Shown: positions 9,164 through 18,491 of the stretch, piece after piece
Layout of the letters: each line of letters begins with the position of its first letter
How positions within the stretch are numbered: position 1 is the stretch's first letter
Assembly: GCA_039804025.1 (NCBI GenBank)
Contig: JBDRZP010000007.1
Location: forward strand, 2,719-66,718
Reading direction: 5' to 3'
Origin: a candidate division WOR-3 bacterium
GTDB taxonomy: Bacteria; Hydrothermota; Hydrothermia; Hydrothermales; JAJRUZ01
Length of the DNA stretch: 64,000 nucleotides
Notes under the pieces: model-generated
Databases searched by the model: none
The model's input: the letters and a program-made list of their open reading frames with translations, nothing else
Told to the model about the DNA's origin: nothing
Translations under genes and position numbers: made by a program

Positions 9164-10980
9164 AAGAAGAAAAATTTTTTATTCCTGTTTTGGATACAAA
9201 TTATGAGGAAAGTTACAATTTAAGTTATCCAGAATGGAGAATAAAATTTGAGAAATTATTACAGGAAATGGAAAAGGGAAATCTAAGGTATATATACTTA
9301 GGAGCAAACACTTCCTTTTTCCTTAGATTTTATAAAGAAAACATTTTAGAAGAAATTAAAATAAACCTTCCCCTTAGATTAAAGAAAATTGGTTTAAACA
9401 CACTTTATTACTTTATTCCAGTAAATGTTATTGATTCCTTTTCTTTGATTTTAAACTTTAAAATTATTTTTGAAGAATTGAAGGAAAGTTTTTCAGGAGA
9501 AAGAACAGTTTATTTGCCTTATATAAATAAACTTCCTAAAGGATTTTTAGCACTTTTAAAGGGATTTGGCATAGAATTCATATTTTCAAGAGTTCCTGTA
9601 AAAAGACCCTACTTAATAGTAAATGATATTGAAAATGAAATAAAAATAGTTAATGTTTCTTCTGACTCAAAAATTGTATTCCTTGATTCCTTTCTAATAA
9701 AAGAGGATATTAGTAAAAATTTATTCTCCATTGAAGAAATAACATCAAGTATTCCTGATAAGGGTGAATTGTATGAATTTAAATCAGAAGTCAAAATAAA
9801 GAAAAGTTTTCCTTATTTTAAAAAGCTTGAAGAAACTATTTTTAAATACCATATTTTAAACATAGTATTAAAAATTGAAAATCCCAATATTTCAAATTAT
9901 TATATTAAAGAAAAAATAAAAAATTTTTTAACCCTCTATAATTCAGAAAATATCGAACTTTTAAAAGAAGAAATAAGGGAAATAAAGCACTATGGTAAAA
10001 AGTTAAAAGAAGATTTTCTTGATAATAGTAAAAAATTATCAGTATTCAATCCTTTACCCTATAAATTTAATTATTACAGAATAATAAATAACAAACTTTA
10101 TAAGGCAGAAGCAAAGCCTTTTTCCTTTTCAGAATTGAAAGAAGAAGAATCCTATGAAAAAAATCTGGATTTTAGAATTTATAATAGAGGTAACATAAAA
10201 TTTTATGAACTTTTAATTCTTACAAAATTAATTGGTGAAAAAGGTGAACTTAAAGGTGGAATTTATGAAGAAGAAGTTATAAAGGAAAACTTTATTAAAA
10301 CTAAATCAAAATTAAGATTGAGTGATAAATCTTACGATTATTCAATTACATTAATTCCTCATGAAAATCTTTTAAAAATAAGAGGAAAACTAAAAAATAT
10401 AAATAAATGTGAAATTTTAATAGGGAGTGAAAAAAATTTAAATATTAGAGAATTTTCCCTCTTTGAGTTAGAGGAATTGACTCTTGAGAAAACCTATTCC
10501 GGTTTTCTTATTATTGATGGTGATAACAGATATCTTATAAAAACAATACCTGGAATCGGTGTTAAAAAATATAATAATACCTTGAAACTTATTTTTGAAG
10601 GAAAGGTAAGCCTTGATATAAAGAAAATTTCTGAATCTTTAATCCTTGAGTATATGAAGTATAAATACAAACCCATTATTTTTGAAGGCTCGCCTAAAAA
10701 GGAACTTTCATCAATTTTTGAAATAAAAAATGAAGATACAAATTTTATTTATATGGATGTTAAAGAAAATATGCTTTATATATACCTTTATTCAGATGAA
10801 AAAGATAATATAAAAATTCTTTTTAAGGGAAAACCTCTTGAAGCCTTTATTTTTGACTTAAAGGCTAATAAAAAACTTGATAAAGTTATGATTAGGGATA
10901 GATGGGTAATAATACCCCCAAAAAAGGGAATTTTCTGTATTGGAGTTGACATAAAAACTTTTCCCTTTTCAATATTTTAA
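9160..10980 (+). CDS. hypothetical protein, K/E/N-rich, no recognisable domain
   Basis: 606-aa ORF translationally coupled (ATGA) to cheR and overlapping the M28 gene start by 1 nt. Confidence 0.4.
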   Translation: MKEEKFFIPVLDTNYEESYNLSYPEWRIKFEKLLQEMEKGNLRYIYLGANTSFFLRFYKENILEEIKINLPLRLKKIGLNTLYYFIPVNVIDSFSLILNFKIIFEELKESFSGERTVYLPYINKLPKGFLALLKGFGIEFIFSRVPVKRPYLIVNDIENEIKIVNVSSDSKIVFLDSFLIKEDISKNLFSIEEITSSIPDKGELYEFKSEVKIKKSFPYFKKLEETIFKYHILNIVLKIENPNISNYYIKEKIKNFLTLYNSENIELLKEEIREIKHYGKKLKEDFLDNSKKLSVFNPLPYKFNYYRIINNKLYKAEAKPFSFSELKEEESYEKNLDFRIYNRGNIKFYELLILTKLIGEKGELKGGIYEEEVIKENFIKTKSKLRLSDKSYDYSITLIPHENLLKIRGKLKNINKCEILIGSEKNLNIREFSLFELEELTLEKTYSGFLIIDGDNRYLIKTIPGIGVKKYNNTLKLIFEGKVSLDIKKISESLILEYMKYKYKPIIFEGSPKKELSSIFEIKNEDTNFIYMDVKENMLYIYLYSDEKDNIKILFKGKPLEAFIFDLKANKKLDKVMIRDRWVIIPPKKGIFCIGVDIKTFPFSIF

Positions 10981-11717
10981 TGATAAAGGATTCAATTTTG
11001 ATTTTTTATATGAATTTTTTAATGTCAATTGGACCAAGAGTTCCGGGAACTTTTGCTCATGAAAATTTAAGAAAATTTCTCTTAAAGGAATTTGAAAGAA
11101 TGGGATTTAAATCTGAGATAGATTCTTTTTATGAAGATGGGTATAAATTTTTTAATTTAATATTTAAAAAGGGAAAAGGAAATTTCATACTTCTTGGAAC
11201 CCACTATGATACAAAGCCTGGTATAGAAGGTGCAAATGATTCAGGTTCAGGTGTTCTTTTACTTTTATATTTGGCAAATTTACTTAAAAATACTCATAAA
11301 AATTTTCTATTTGTCTTCTTTGATGGGGAAGATTTCGGTGATAATGCACCTCTTTACGGTTCAAAACATTTTGCAAAAACAAAAAATTATAAAATTGAAT
11401 GGGGAGTTATTTTTGATATGATCGGTGACAAAAACCTTGAAATTTTTATGGAAGGTTTTTCTTATGAATTAGCTCCAGATTTAACCTTAAAGATTTTTGA
11501 TTTTGCAGAAAAAAGGAAAAAGGATTTTATGTTCAAAAAAGTAAAACATTATATAATTGATGACCATTTACCCCTTCTAAAGAAAGGGGAAAAGGTTATT
11601 CTTTTAATTGATTTTGACTACCCTTACTGGCACACAGAAAAAGATACATGGGATAAGATAAGCATAGAAAATATAAAAAAATTAGGGGAATTCTTTTTTG
11701 AATATTTAAATGAATAA
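10980..11717 (+). CDS. M28-family zinc peptidase (aminopeptidase/glutaminyl-cyclase-like)
   Basis: metal-ligand blocks LLGTHYDTKP, GANDSGSGV, FVFFDGEDFG characteristic of peptidase M28. Confidence 0.6.
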   Translation: MIKDSILIFYMNFLMSIGPRVPGTFAHENLRKFLLKEFERMGFKSEIDSFYEDGYKFFNLIFKKGKGNFILLGTHYDTKPGIEGANDSGSGVLLLLYLANLLKNTHKNFLFVFFDGEDFGDNAPLYGSKHFAKTKNYKIEWGVIFDMIGDKNLEIFMEGFSYELAPDLTLKIFDFAEKRKKDFMFKKVKHYIIDDHLPLLKKGEKVILLIDFDYPYWHTEKDTWDKISIENIKKLGEFFFEYLNE

Positions 11718-11754
11718 ATTTGAAATTAGGAATTCAAAAATAGTATAAATAAAC

Positions 11755-12627
11755 ATGGAAATAACATTATTATTTTTTTCAATATTTTTAAAAGGGGAAC
11801 TTCTTTTAAAAGACTCCATTCCTTTAAAGGATTATAAAGTAACATTTTATGAACTTGACTCTGCTCTTTCACTTATTGATTCCTCTTTCACAAAAACTGA
11901 CCGAGAGGGAAAGTTTTTATTCAAAAATGATAGAAAGGGAATATATATTGTGAAAATTAACTATCAGGGTATAAGATACAGAACTGATCCAATACTTAAG
12001 GATGATGATAAAATAAGGTTAAGTGTCTATGACACTGTTTCAAATTATGAGCAAATGGTTTTGCAGAGAGCACATATTGCTTTTATACCATCACCTGGAT
12101 TAATTCAGGTAATTGAAGTTTACAACTTTTTTAATGCTCATAACAAAACAGTTAAAAGAGAATTTAGAATACCTCTTCCTCCTAATGCTACACATATTTT
12201 TTCTCCACAGGGTGTTCTTCCTTTTGAATTTAAACTCTTTGAAAATTCCTTTATATATAAGGAAGGGTTTAAACCTGGGTTAAAAACAATTTCTTTGCTT
12301 TATCATCTCCCCTTTGACAGGATTAAATTTGAAAGAAAAATACCCTTTATAACAAATGAATTTCTTGTTATGCTACCAAAGGAACTTGAATTAAAAACAA
12401 GGATGAATTTTGAAAAAGAAAATTTACAAACACCACAGGGAAGCTTTTATGTTTATTCCTTTAAAAATTTAAAGGCTAACGAAATTTTATCTTTTGAAAT
12501 TAAAGTCAAAAAAGGTGAAATGTTAAAGGATTTTATTCCACCTTTTCTTTTATTAATTTTGTTTTTAATATTTTTGTTTTTTATTTTTAGAAAAAAATGG
12601 AAGAAAAGGGAAGTTATCTCAGAGTAA
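11755..12627 (+). CDS. membrane-anchored protein with a carboxypeptidase-regulatory-like (prealbumin-like) beta-sandwich domain and C-terminal TM helix
   Basis: TDREGKFLF...GIYIVKINYQG motif typical of CarboxypepD_reg domains; C-terminal FIPPFLLLILFLIFLFFIFRKKWKK anchor. Confidence 0.4.
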   Translation: MEITLLFFSIFLKGELLLKDSIPLKDYKVTFYELDSALSLIDSSFTKTDREGKFLFKNDRKGIYIVKINYQGIRYRTDPILKDDDKIRLSVYDTVSNYEQMVLQRAHIAFIPSPGLIQVIEVYNFFNAHNKTVKREFRIPLPPNATHIFSPQGVLPFEFKLFENSFIYKEGFKPGLKTISLLYHLPFDRIKFERKIPFITNEFLVMLPKELELKTRMNFEKENLQTPQGSFYVYSFKNLKANEILSFEIKVKKGEMLKDFIPPFLLLILFLIFLFFIFRKKWKKREVISE

Positions 12628-13244
12628 TTGATTTAAAAAAAATTTTTAGAAAAACTTATGTTTTAAAAAATATAAATTTTGAAATAAAAGAAAAAGGTCT
12701 TTATCTATTTATTGGTGACAACGGTGCGGGTAAAACAACTCTTTTTAAAATTCTTTCCTTTTTACTTTTCCCCTCAGGTGGAGAAATATTTTACATGGAA
12801 AAAAAAATAAGAGACAATCAGGAAAAAATTTTAAAAAATATAGGCTTTTCAACTCATAATCCCTTTCTTTATCCTGACTTAACCTGTCTTGAGAATCTGG
12901 AATTTGCATCAAAATTTTATAATATAAAAAAAGAGGTAATTTTTGAAATTTCTGAAATTTTTGAAACAAGTGAGTATCTCCGCAAAAAAGTAAAGGAACT
13001 TTCAAGAGGTCAGCTTCAGAGGATTTCCTTAATAAAATCAATGCTCCATGACCCTCTATTTTTATATCTTGATGAACCTTTTAATGCACTTGATAAAAAG
13101 GGAGTAAAAATTCTTGAAGATTATATCATTAAAAATCTTGATAGAAAAATAATCTGTATATCAAGTCACACCCATTCTGATATTTTTGAAAGGAAAAGAA
13201 AAGCCTATTATTTAAAAAAAGGTGAAATTATCAGAGAGGAATAA
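12597..13244 (+). CDS. ABC transporter ATP-binding protein (short, CcmA-like), no adjacent permease
   Basis: Walker A GDNGAGKTTL, signature LSRGQLQRISL, Walker B LYLDEP; overlaps upstream ORF by 31 nt. Confidence 0.75.
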   Translation: MEEKGSYLRVIDLKKIFRKTYVLKNINFEIKEKGLYLFIGDNGAGKTTLFKILSFLLFPSGGEIFYMEKKIRDNQEKILKNIGFSTHNPFLYPDLTCLENLEFASKFYNIKKEVIFEISEIFETSEYLRKKVKELSRGQLQRISLIKSMLHDPLFLYLDEPFNALDKKGVKILEDYIIKNLDRKIICISSHTHSDIFERKRKAYYLKKGEIIREE

Positions 13245-14244
13245 ATTTAAAAAAACCTTCTCTTCTTTCTACTTCAAAATTTAAAAAATGTTTACATGTC
13301 CAGATTGCTGTTTCAAAGTGTCTTGTTGGTTCTGGAACAAAAATTTCTCCTCCATATAAACAAAGAAAAGGAACTAACTGGTCAGAAAGATTTGGATCAG
13401 GAGAATCACCTCTTTTTAAGAGAAATAAAAATCTATCGGCAATTTCTTCACCCAGTTTTTCAGAACTTACTCCTTTTTTACATAATATATCAAGAGCAAG
13501 TTCTCTATTACCATCAAAAATTCCCTTGATAAAAAAAGCACATCCAGGTGAAAGGGATTCCTCATAAGATATTTCTATATCCTTGATAACATTTATTTCT
13601 TTAACTTTTTTCAAAAAGGATTCTTTCATTCTTTCGAGAACTCTTCTTTCTTTCAAAATTATTGAACCTGATAATTTGCCCACTATTTTTTTAAGTTCTC
13701 CTTTTCCAAAATTTAGATTTATTTTATCAAGTTTTCCATGAAATTTAAGTTTAACAAAACCTCCACCCTGTGGGTAATATCCCCTTCTTATAATAAAAAT
13801 TTCATTTTCAAAAAGAATTTTTTCAAATAAAGGTAAAAAATGAAACCTGAAATAATCAAAGGTGGGGGCACCTTCTACATCAGTTCCCCCCTGTATTTCA
13901 AGATATAAAGGTTTTTCAGATATAAGGGAAACAGGGAAAATTGTCTGTAAAAAAAGGGGAATTGAACCAGCGGTTTTAAAATCCATTTTAACCTTTCCGC
14001 CTTTAATTTTTCCTGGAAAAAATTTAACTTCAAGGGAATTTAAAGTATCACCTTCTACCTTTATATCAGATATTTCCTTTAAACATTTTATAATATGTAA
14101 ATGTTGGTTTTTAAGCCCTGGATTTGGTCTTCCTCTTCTAATGTTATAGATATAAAAGGGCTTTTTTGTTAATAGTGAAAGAAAAAGAGAAATCCTTAAA
14201 ATCTGACCTCCACCTTCAAGGTAAGAGCCATCAATTTGAATCAT
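13231..14244 (-). CDS. rtcA: RNA 3'-terminal phosphate cyclase
   Basis: N-terminus IDGSYLEGGGQILRISLFLSLLTKKPFYIYNIRRGRPNPGLKNQHL matches the RtcA signature (GGGQ[IV]LR...R...PGL..QHL). Confidence 0.85.
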   Translation of the reverse strand: MIQIDGSYLEGGGQILRISLFLSLLTKKPFYIYNIRRGRPNPGLKNQHLHIIKCLKEISDIKVEGDTLNSLEVKFFPGKIKGGKVKMDFKTAGSIPLFLQTIFPVSLISEKPLYLEIQGGTDVEGAPTFDYFRFHFLPLFEKILFENEIFIIRRGYYPQGGGFVKLKFHGKLDKINLNFGKGELKKIVGKLSGSIILKERRVLERMKESFLKKVKEINVIKDIEISYEESLSPGCAFFIKGIFDGNRELALDILCKKGVSSEKLGEEIADRFLFLLKRGDSPDPNLSDQLVPFLCLYGGEIFVPEPTRHFETAIWTCKHFLNFEVERREGFFKFIPL

Positions 14245-14252
14245 ATACTAAT

Positions 14253-14732
14253 TTACTTCCTCAAACTTTCAGTGAATTCTAATCCTTTCTCAGTTAAAAC
14301 ATAAAGTGGTTTTCCATTCCTCTTTTTAGGTAAAGAATAAATAAAATTTTTTTTTCTAAACTTCTGTAAAAAGGTTGAGGGATTTTTTGATATTTTCCAT
14401 TTCATTATTTTATAGATTGATTTTATATCAGAAAGTGTAAAGGATTTTCTTCCAAAATTCTCATAATAGAATCTCGCAGCAAGTAACATTTTTTCAGTAT
14501 TACTTTTTATTTTAAAATTTTTAAAATAATCCTTTGTTTTTTCTAAATCACTCTCTTCTAACTTGATTTTTTCTTTTTCAAAATATTTCTCTTTTTCAAT
14601 ATACTTCTCTTCAGGAAACTTTTTAAAAAAAGTTTTTAAAAATTCCTTAAATTTTCTTTCAACAAAATCCCTGTCACCCTGAATTTCTAACTCTAAATTT
14701 CCTTCCTTAATTCTTATAAGATATGTTGACAT
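14253..14732 (-). CDS. hypothetical K-rich protein
   Basis: 159-aa ORF; carries the conserved upstream motif at 14756-14768. Confidence 0.4.
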   Translation of the reverse strand: MSTYLIRIKEGNLELEIQGDRDFVERKFKEFLKTFFKKFPEEKYIEKEKYFEKEKIKLEESDLEKTKDYFKNFKIKSNTEKMLLAARFYYENFGRKSFTLSDIKSIYKIMKWKISKNPSTFLQKFRKKNFIYSLPKKRNGKPLYVLTEKGLEFTESLRK

Positions 14733-14755
14733 TATTTTCTCCCTTATGGATTTAT

Positions 14756-14768
14756 GGAATAGAACCTT
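14756..14768 (-). promoter_or_regulatory. upstream stem-loop motif (minus-strand AAGGTTCTATTCC), 23 nt upstream of the start at 14732
   Basis: read directly; in a divergent intergenic region shared with the 14816 instance. Confidence 0.45.
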
Positions 14769-14815
14769 TAAAAAGCAGTATATTATAATAACTTATGAAG
14801 ATTTTTTTTTCAATT

Positions 14816-14828
14816 AAGGTTCAAATCC
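14816..14828 (+). promoter_or_regulatory. upstream stem-loop motif AAGGTTCAAATCC, 24 nt before the ATG at 14853
   Basis: read directly; identical 13-mer to the 950 instance. Confidence 0.45.
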
Positions 14829-14852
14829 TCTTATTAAAAAGAAGGGTAAAAA

Positions 14853-15884
14853 ATGATTAGAATAGATGAACTTACAAGAGAAGGAGAGCTGTATGAGGTT
14901 TTAGACAACAAAAAAGTAAGATGTTATGCCTGTGCCCATAAATGTGTTATATTTGAGGGTAAAAGGGGAATCTGCCAGGTTAGATTTAACATTGATGGAA
15001 AACTTTATGTTCCTTTTAATTATGTTTCAGGACTTCAAAATGATCCTATTGAAAAAAAACCCTTTTTTCATTTTTTACCAGGTTCTTATGCTTTAACCTT
15101 TGGTATGCTTGGTTGTGACTTTCACTGTCCGTATTGCCAAAACTGGATAACATCACAAGCTTTTAAAGATGAAAGAGCTATCCTTTATTATGAGGAAATA
15201 ACACCGGAAGAGATAGTAAAAATAGCACTTTTAAAGGGTTCAAAAAGTATAATTTCTTCCTATAATGAACCACTTATAACAACAGAATGGGCAAAGGAAA
15301 TTTTTAAATTAGCAAAAGAAAAAGGTCTTAAAACAGGTTATGTTTCTAATGGTTATGTAACTGATGAGGTTTTGGATTATCTTACCGGTTTAATTGATGC
15401 CTATAAAATTGATCTAAAAAGTTTTAAAGAAGAAAATTACAGGATTTTAGGTGGAAAACTTAAATATGTTCTTGAAGGGATTGAAAAAGTTTTTAAAAGG
15501 GGATTATGGCTTGAAATTGTCACACTTATTGTTCCCGATTACAATGATTCTGAAGAGGAATTAAGAGAGATTGCAAAGTTTATTAAAAGTTTATCACCTT
15601 TTATTCCATGGCATGTTACTGCCTTTCATCCTGATTATAAAATGCAAGATCGTGATAGAACCTCTGTTAGAAAAATAATAAGAGCAAGGGAAATTGGACT
15701 TGAAGAGGGTCTTAAATTTGTATATGGAGGAAATGTTTGGGGTTTTCCTGAAATTGAAAGCACCTATTGTCCTTCTTGTGGAGAAATGCTTATTAAAAGG
15801 GAAATATTTCTTGTTTTAGAAAATAAAATTAAAAATGGGAAATGCCCAAAATGTAAAACTGAAATTAAAGGAATATGGAATTAA
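14853..15884 (+). CDS. radical SAM enzyme, AmmeMemoRadiSam-system (AmrS) / PFL-activase-like family
   Basis: N-terminal Cys cluster RCYACAHKCVIFEGKRGICQVR followed by radical SAM CDFHCPYC (Cx3Cx2C) motif; 343 aa. Confidence 0.65.
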   Translation: MIRIDELTREGELYEVLDNKKVRCYACAHKCVIFEGKRGICQVRFNIDGKLYVPFNYVSGLQNDPIEKKPFFHFLPGSYALTFGMLGCDFHCPYCQNWITSQAFKDERAILYYEEITPEEIVKIALLKGSKSIISSYNEPLITTEWAKEIFKLAKEKGLKTGYVSNGYVTDEVLDYLTGLIDAYKIDLKSFKEENYRILGGKLKYVLEGIEKVFKRGLWLEIVTLIVPDYNDSEEELREIAKFIKSLSPFIPWHVTAFHPDYKMQDRDRTSVRKIIRAREIGLEEGLKFVYGGNVWGFPEIESTYCPSCGEMLIKREIFLVLENKIKNGKCPKCKTEIKGIWN

Positions 15885-16843
15885 ATTTTCCTATAAAAAC
15901 CGTTGATTTAAAAAGATATTACGGCAAAGTCTGTGCTCTTGATGGTGTTTCAATAGAGGTTAAAGAGGGAGAAATTTTCGGTCTTTTAGGTCCTAATGGA
16001 GCAGGTAAAACAACCTTTATAAGAATTCTAACAACCTTACTTTTACCTTCTTCAGGAAAGGCTTATGTTTTGGGTTATGATGTGGAAAAGGATTTTAGAG
16101 AAATAAGAAAAAGAATAAATATGGTATCAGGAGGTGAAGAGATAGGTTATGGAATTTTAACCCTTGAGGAGACCCTTTTTTTATTTTCCCAATTCTATGG
16201 AATTTCAATTAAAGAAACAAGAAGAAGAATAAAAGAACTTTCACAATTACTTAACTTAGAACCCCATCTAAAAAAAAGAGTATCAAGACTTTCAACAGGA
16301 TTAAGGCAAAGGATGAATATAGCAAGGGGATTTATAAATAATCCTCAAGTAATATTTCTTGATGAGCCAACAATGGGACTTGATGTTGAGTCAAGTATTG
16401 AGGTTAGACGATTCATTAAAAAATGGGTAAGAGAAAACAAGGGAAAAACAATACTTCTAACAACCCATAACATGTTTGAAGCAGATGAGTTATGTGATAG
16501 AATAGCAATAATAAATAAGGGAAAAATCCTTGCCTGTGACACACCTCAAGGGTTAAAGGAAATGGTAAAAAAGGAAGATATATATGAATTTGAAATAAGA
16601 GCAAGGGAATATGAGCTTGAAAAAACTTCTGAATTATCAATATTAGAAAAAAAGAAATTGGAAGGTGAAAGAATATACATTAAAATAAGAGCTCAAAAAA
16701 ATCTACCTTTTGAAAAAATTATAAATGAGATAAAGAGGAATAAAGAGGAGATACTTTCTTTTAAAAAAATTGAACCAACTCTTGAAGAGGTATTTGTTAA
16801 ACTTGTTGGTAAAACTTTTGAAGAGATTGAAAAAGAAAAATGA
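15875..16843 (+). CDS. ABC transporter ATP-binding protein (ABC-2 type)
   Basis: GLLGPNGAGKTT, LSTGLRQRMNIARGF, IFLDEPTMGLD. Confidence 0.8.
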   Translation: MELNFPIKTVDLKRYYGKVCALDGVSIEVKEGEIFGLLGPNGAGKTTFIRILTTLLLPSSGKAYVLGYDVEKDFREIRKRINMVSGGEEIGYGILTLEETLFLFSQFYGISIKETRRRIKELSQLLNLEPHLKKRVSRLSTGLRQRMNIARGFINNPQVIFLDEPTMGLDVESSIEVRRFIKKWVRENKGKTILLTTHNMFEADELCDRIAIINKGKILACDTPQGLKEMVKKEDIYEFEIRAREYELEKTSELSILEKKKLEGERIYIKIRAQKNLPFEKIINEIKRNKEEILSFKKIEPTLEEVFVKLVGKTFEEIEKEK

Positions 16844-17664
16844 AAAAATTTAAGGAATCTCTTTCAATAAATATAAGAGCAATATTAGCAAGAGCCTATG
16901 TTAGAATAGTTGCAACCCACAGGGAAGGTTCTTGGATTTTTTTATATGGTTTAACAGGTCTTATTTCAATAGCCTCCTACATTTTTTTATACAGAAATCT
17001 TGGAGCAAAAAAGGTATTTGAAGGATTTGTTATAATAGGTGGTTTTGTTTTAGCTTTCTGGATAAATGTTTTATGGAGTATAGCCTCACAGCTATACTGG
17101 GAAAAACTTTCAGGTAATTTAAGATACTTTATAATAGCACCTTGTTCAAAAATGTCAATTTTAATTGGAATGTCAATAGGTGGAATTTATATGATTTTAT
17201 TCAGATCTATATTTATTCTTTTTACTGCTTTTATAATTTTTAAAACACCATTAAAACTTTTTAATCCTTTTCTTGCAATTTTAACATTTTTTATTACTCT
17301 TTTTGGACTCTATGGGCTTGGTATGTCTTTTTCTTCTTTATATCTGCTATGGGGAAGGGAGGCTTGGCACTTATCTAATCTCTTTCAAGAGCCTGTTTAT
17401 GCAATTTCTGGTTTATATTATCCGATAAAAGTTTTACCAATTTTTATTATTTTTGTAGCTTCTCTTATCCCCCTTACCCTTGGTCTTGATGCTATGAGGC
17501 ATGCTTTTTTCGGAAAAGAAGCAGAGGGAATTTTAAACATTTATATTGAAATTTTAATACTTACAATTTTATCAGTGATTTTTCTTTTACTTTCTTACTA
17601 TGCTTTAATAAAGATGGAAACAATAGCAAGAAAATGGGGAACACTTATTGAGAGATGGCAATAG
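16840..17664 (+). CDS. ABC-2 family transporter permease
   Basis: 274 aa, 6 predicted TM helices, ATGA-coupled to the ATPase gene. Confidence 0.6.
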   Translation: MKKFKESLSINIRAILARAYVRIVATHREGSWIFLYGLTGLISIASYIFLYRNLGAKKVFEGFVIIGGFVLAFWINVLWSIASQLYWEKLSGNLRYFIIAPCSKMSILIGMSIGGIYMILFRSIFILFTAFIIFKTPLKLFNPFLAILTFFITLFGLYGLGMSFSSLYLLWGREAWHLSNLFQEPVYAISGLYYPIKVLPIFIIFVASLIPLTLGLDAMRHAFFGKEAEGILNIYIEILILTILSVIFLLLSYYALIKMETIARKWGTLIERWQ

Positions 17665-18482
17665 TAAGATTTCTTTACTCTTCTTTTCTATTAGCTTTCA
17701 AGGTTGAATCAAACTGGACAAGACCTTTCTGGTTTTTCTTTTATCATGCAATAAGACCCTTTTCTACAGTTATTCTGGTTTTATTCATGTATAAGGCTAT
17801 ACTTGGTTTTGATTTTGAAAATCCCTATTTCCCCTTTTTATATACTGGAACGGTTTTCTGGACTTTTATTCAGAATTCAATATTTGGAATTTCATGGAGT
17901 ATTCTCGGTGATAGGGAATTTTATCAGACTTTAAAGTATATGGTAACTTTACCTTTCCCCTATTCATTAAATTTATTTGGTAGATTCTTAGCCTATTTAG
18001 TTCTTTCAATATTTTCAGTGACAATTCTTTTATTAGCAGGAAAGATAATATTCAAAGTAAATTATTTAATTGGACCTTTATTTTTTATATATTTTTTTTC
18101 AGCAATACCATTATTTTTCTCATCAGGTTTACTTTTTTCATCTCTTTTACTTATTTATCCCAGGTATGCTTTTTTTATTCAGGAACTCTTTTCAGGAGTA
18201 TTGTTTTTAATTTCAGGAGTTATTTATCCTGTTAAAATTCTTCCTTATCCCTTAAATCTAATTGCAGCATATTCACCTGTTACAATATGGCTTGATGGTT
18301 TGAGGAAAAGCCTTGGATTAAAGCTTTTTTCCCAGGAGATTTTTAATCCTGAAAATGTTTCCTTTATTTTTATATTTTTCTTATTTTCTTTTTTCTTTTC
18401 CATTATCTCAATTTACCTTTTTAATCTCTCGGAAAATATGGCAAGGAAAAAGGGGCTCCTTGAAGAAACAACAGGCGGTTGA
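17655..18482 (+). CDS. ABC-2 family transporter permease (second subunit)
   Basis: 275 aa polytopic protein overlapping the upstream permease gene. Confidence 0.6.
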   Translation: MAIVRFLYSSFLLAFKVESNWTRPFWFFFYHAIRPFSTVILVLFMYKAILGFDFENPYFPFLYTGTVFWTFIQNSIFGISWSILGDREFYQTLKYMVTLPFPYSLNLFGRFLAYLVLSIFSVTILLLAGKIIFKVNYLIGPLFFIYFFSAIPLFFSSGLLFSSLLLIYPRYAFFIQELFSGVLFLISGVIYPVKILPYPLNLIAAYSPVTIWLDGLRKSLGLKLFSQEIFNPENVSFIFIFFLFSFFFSIISIYLFNLSENMARKKGLLEETTGG

Positions 18483-18491
18483 AGTTTTAAT

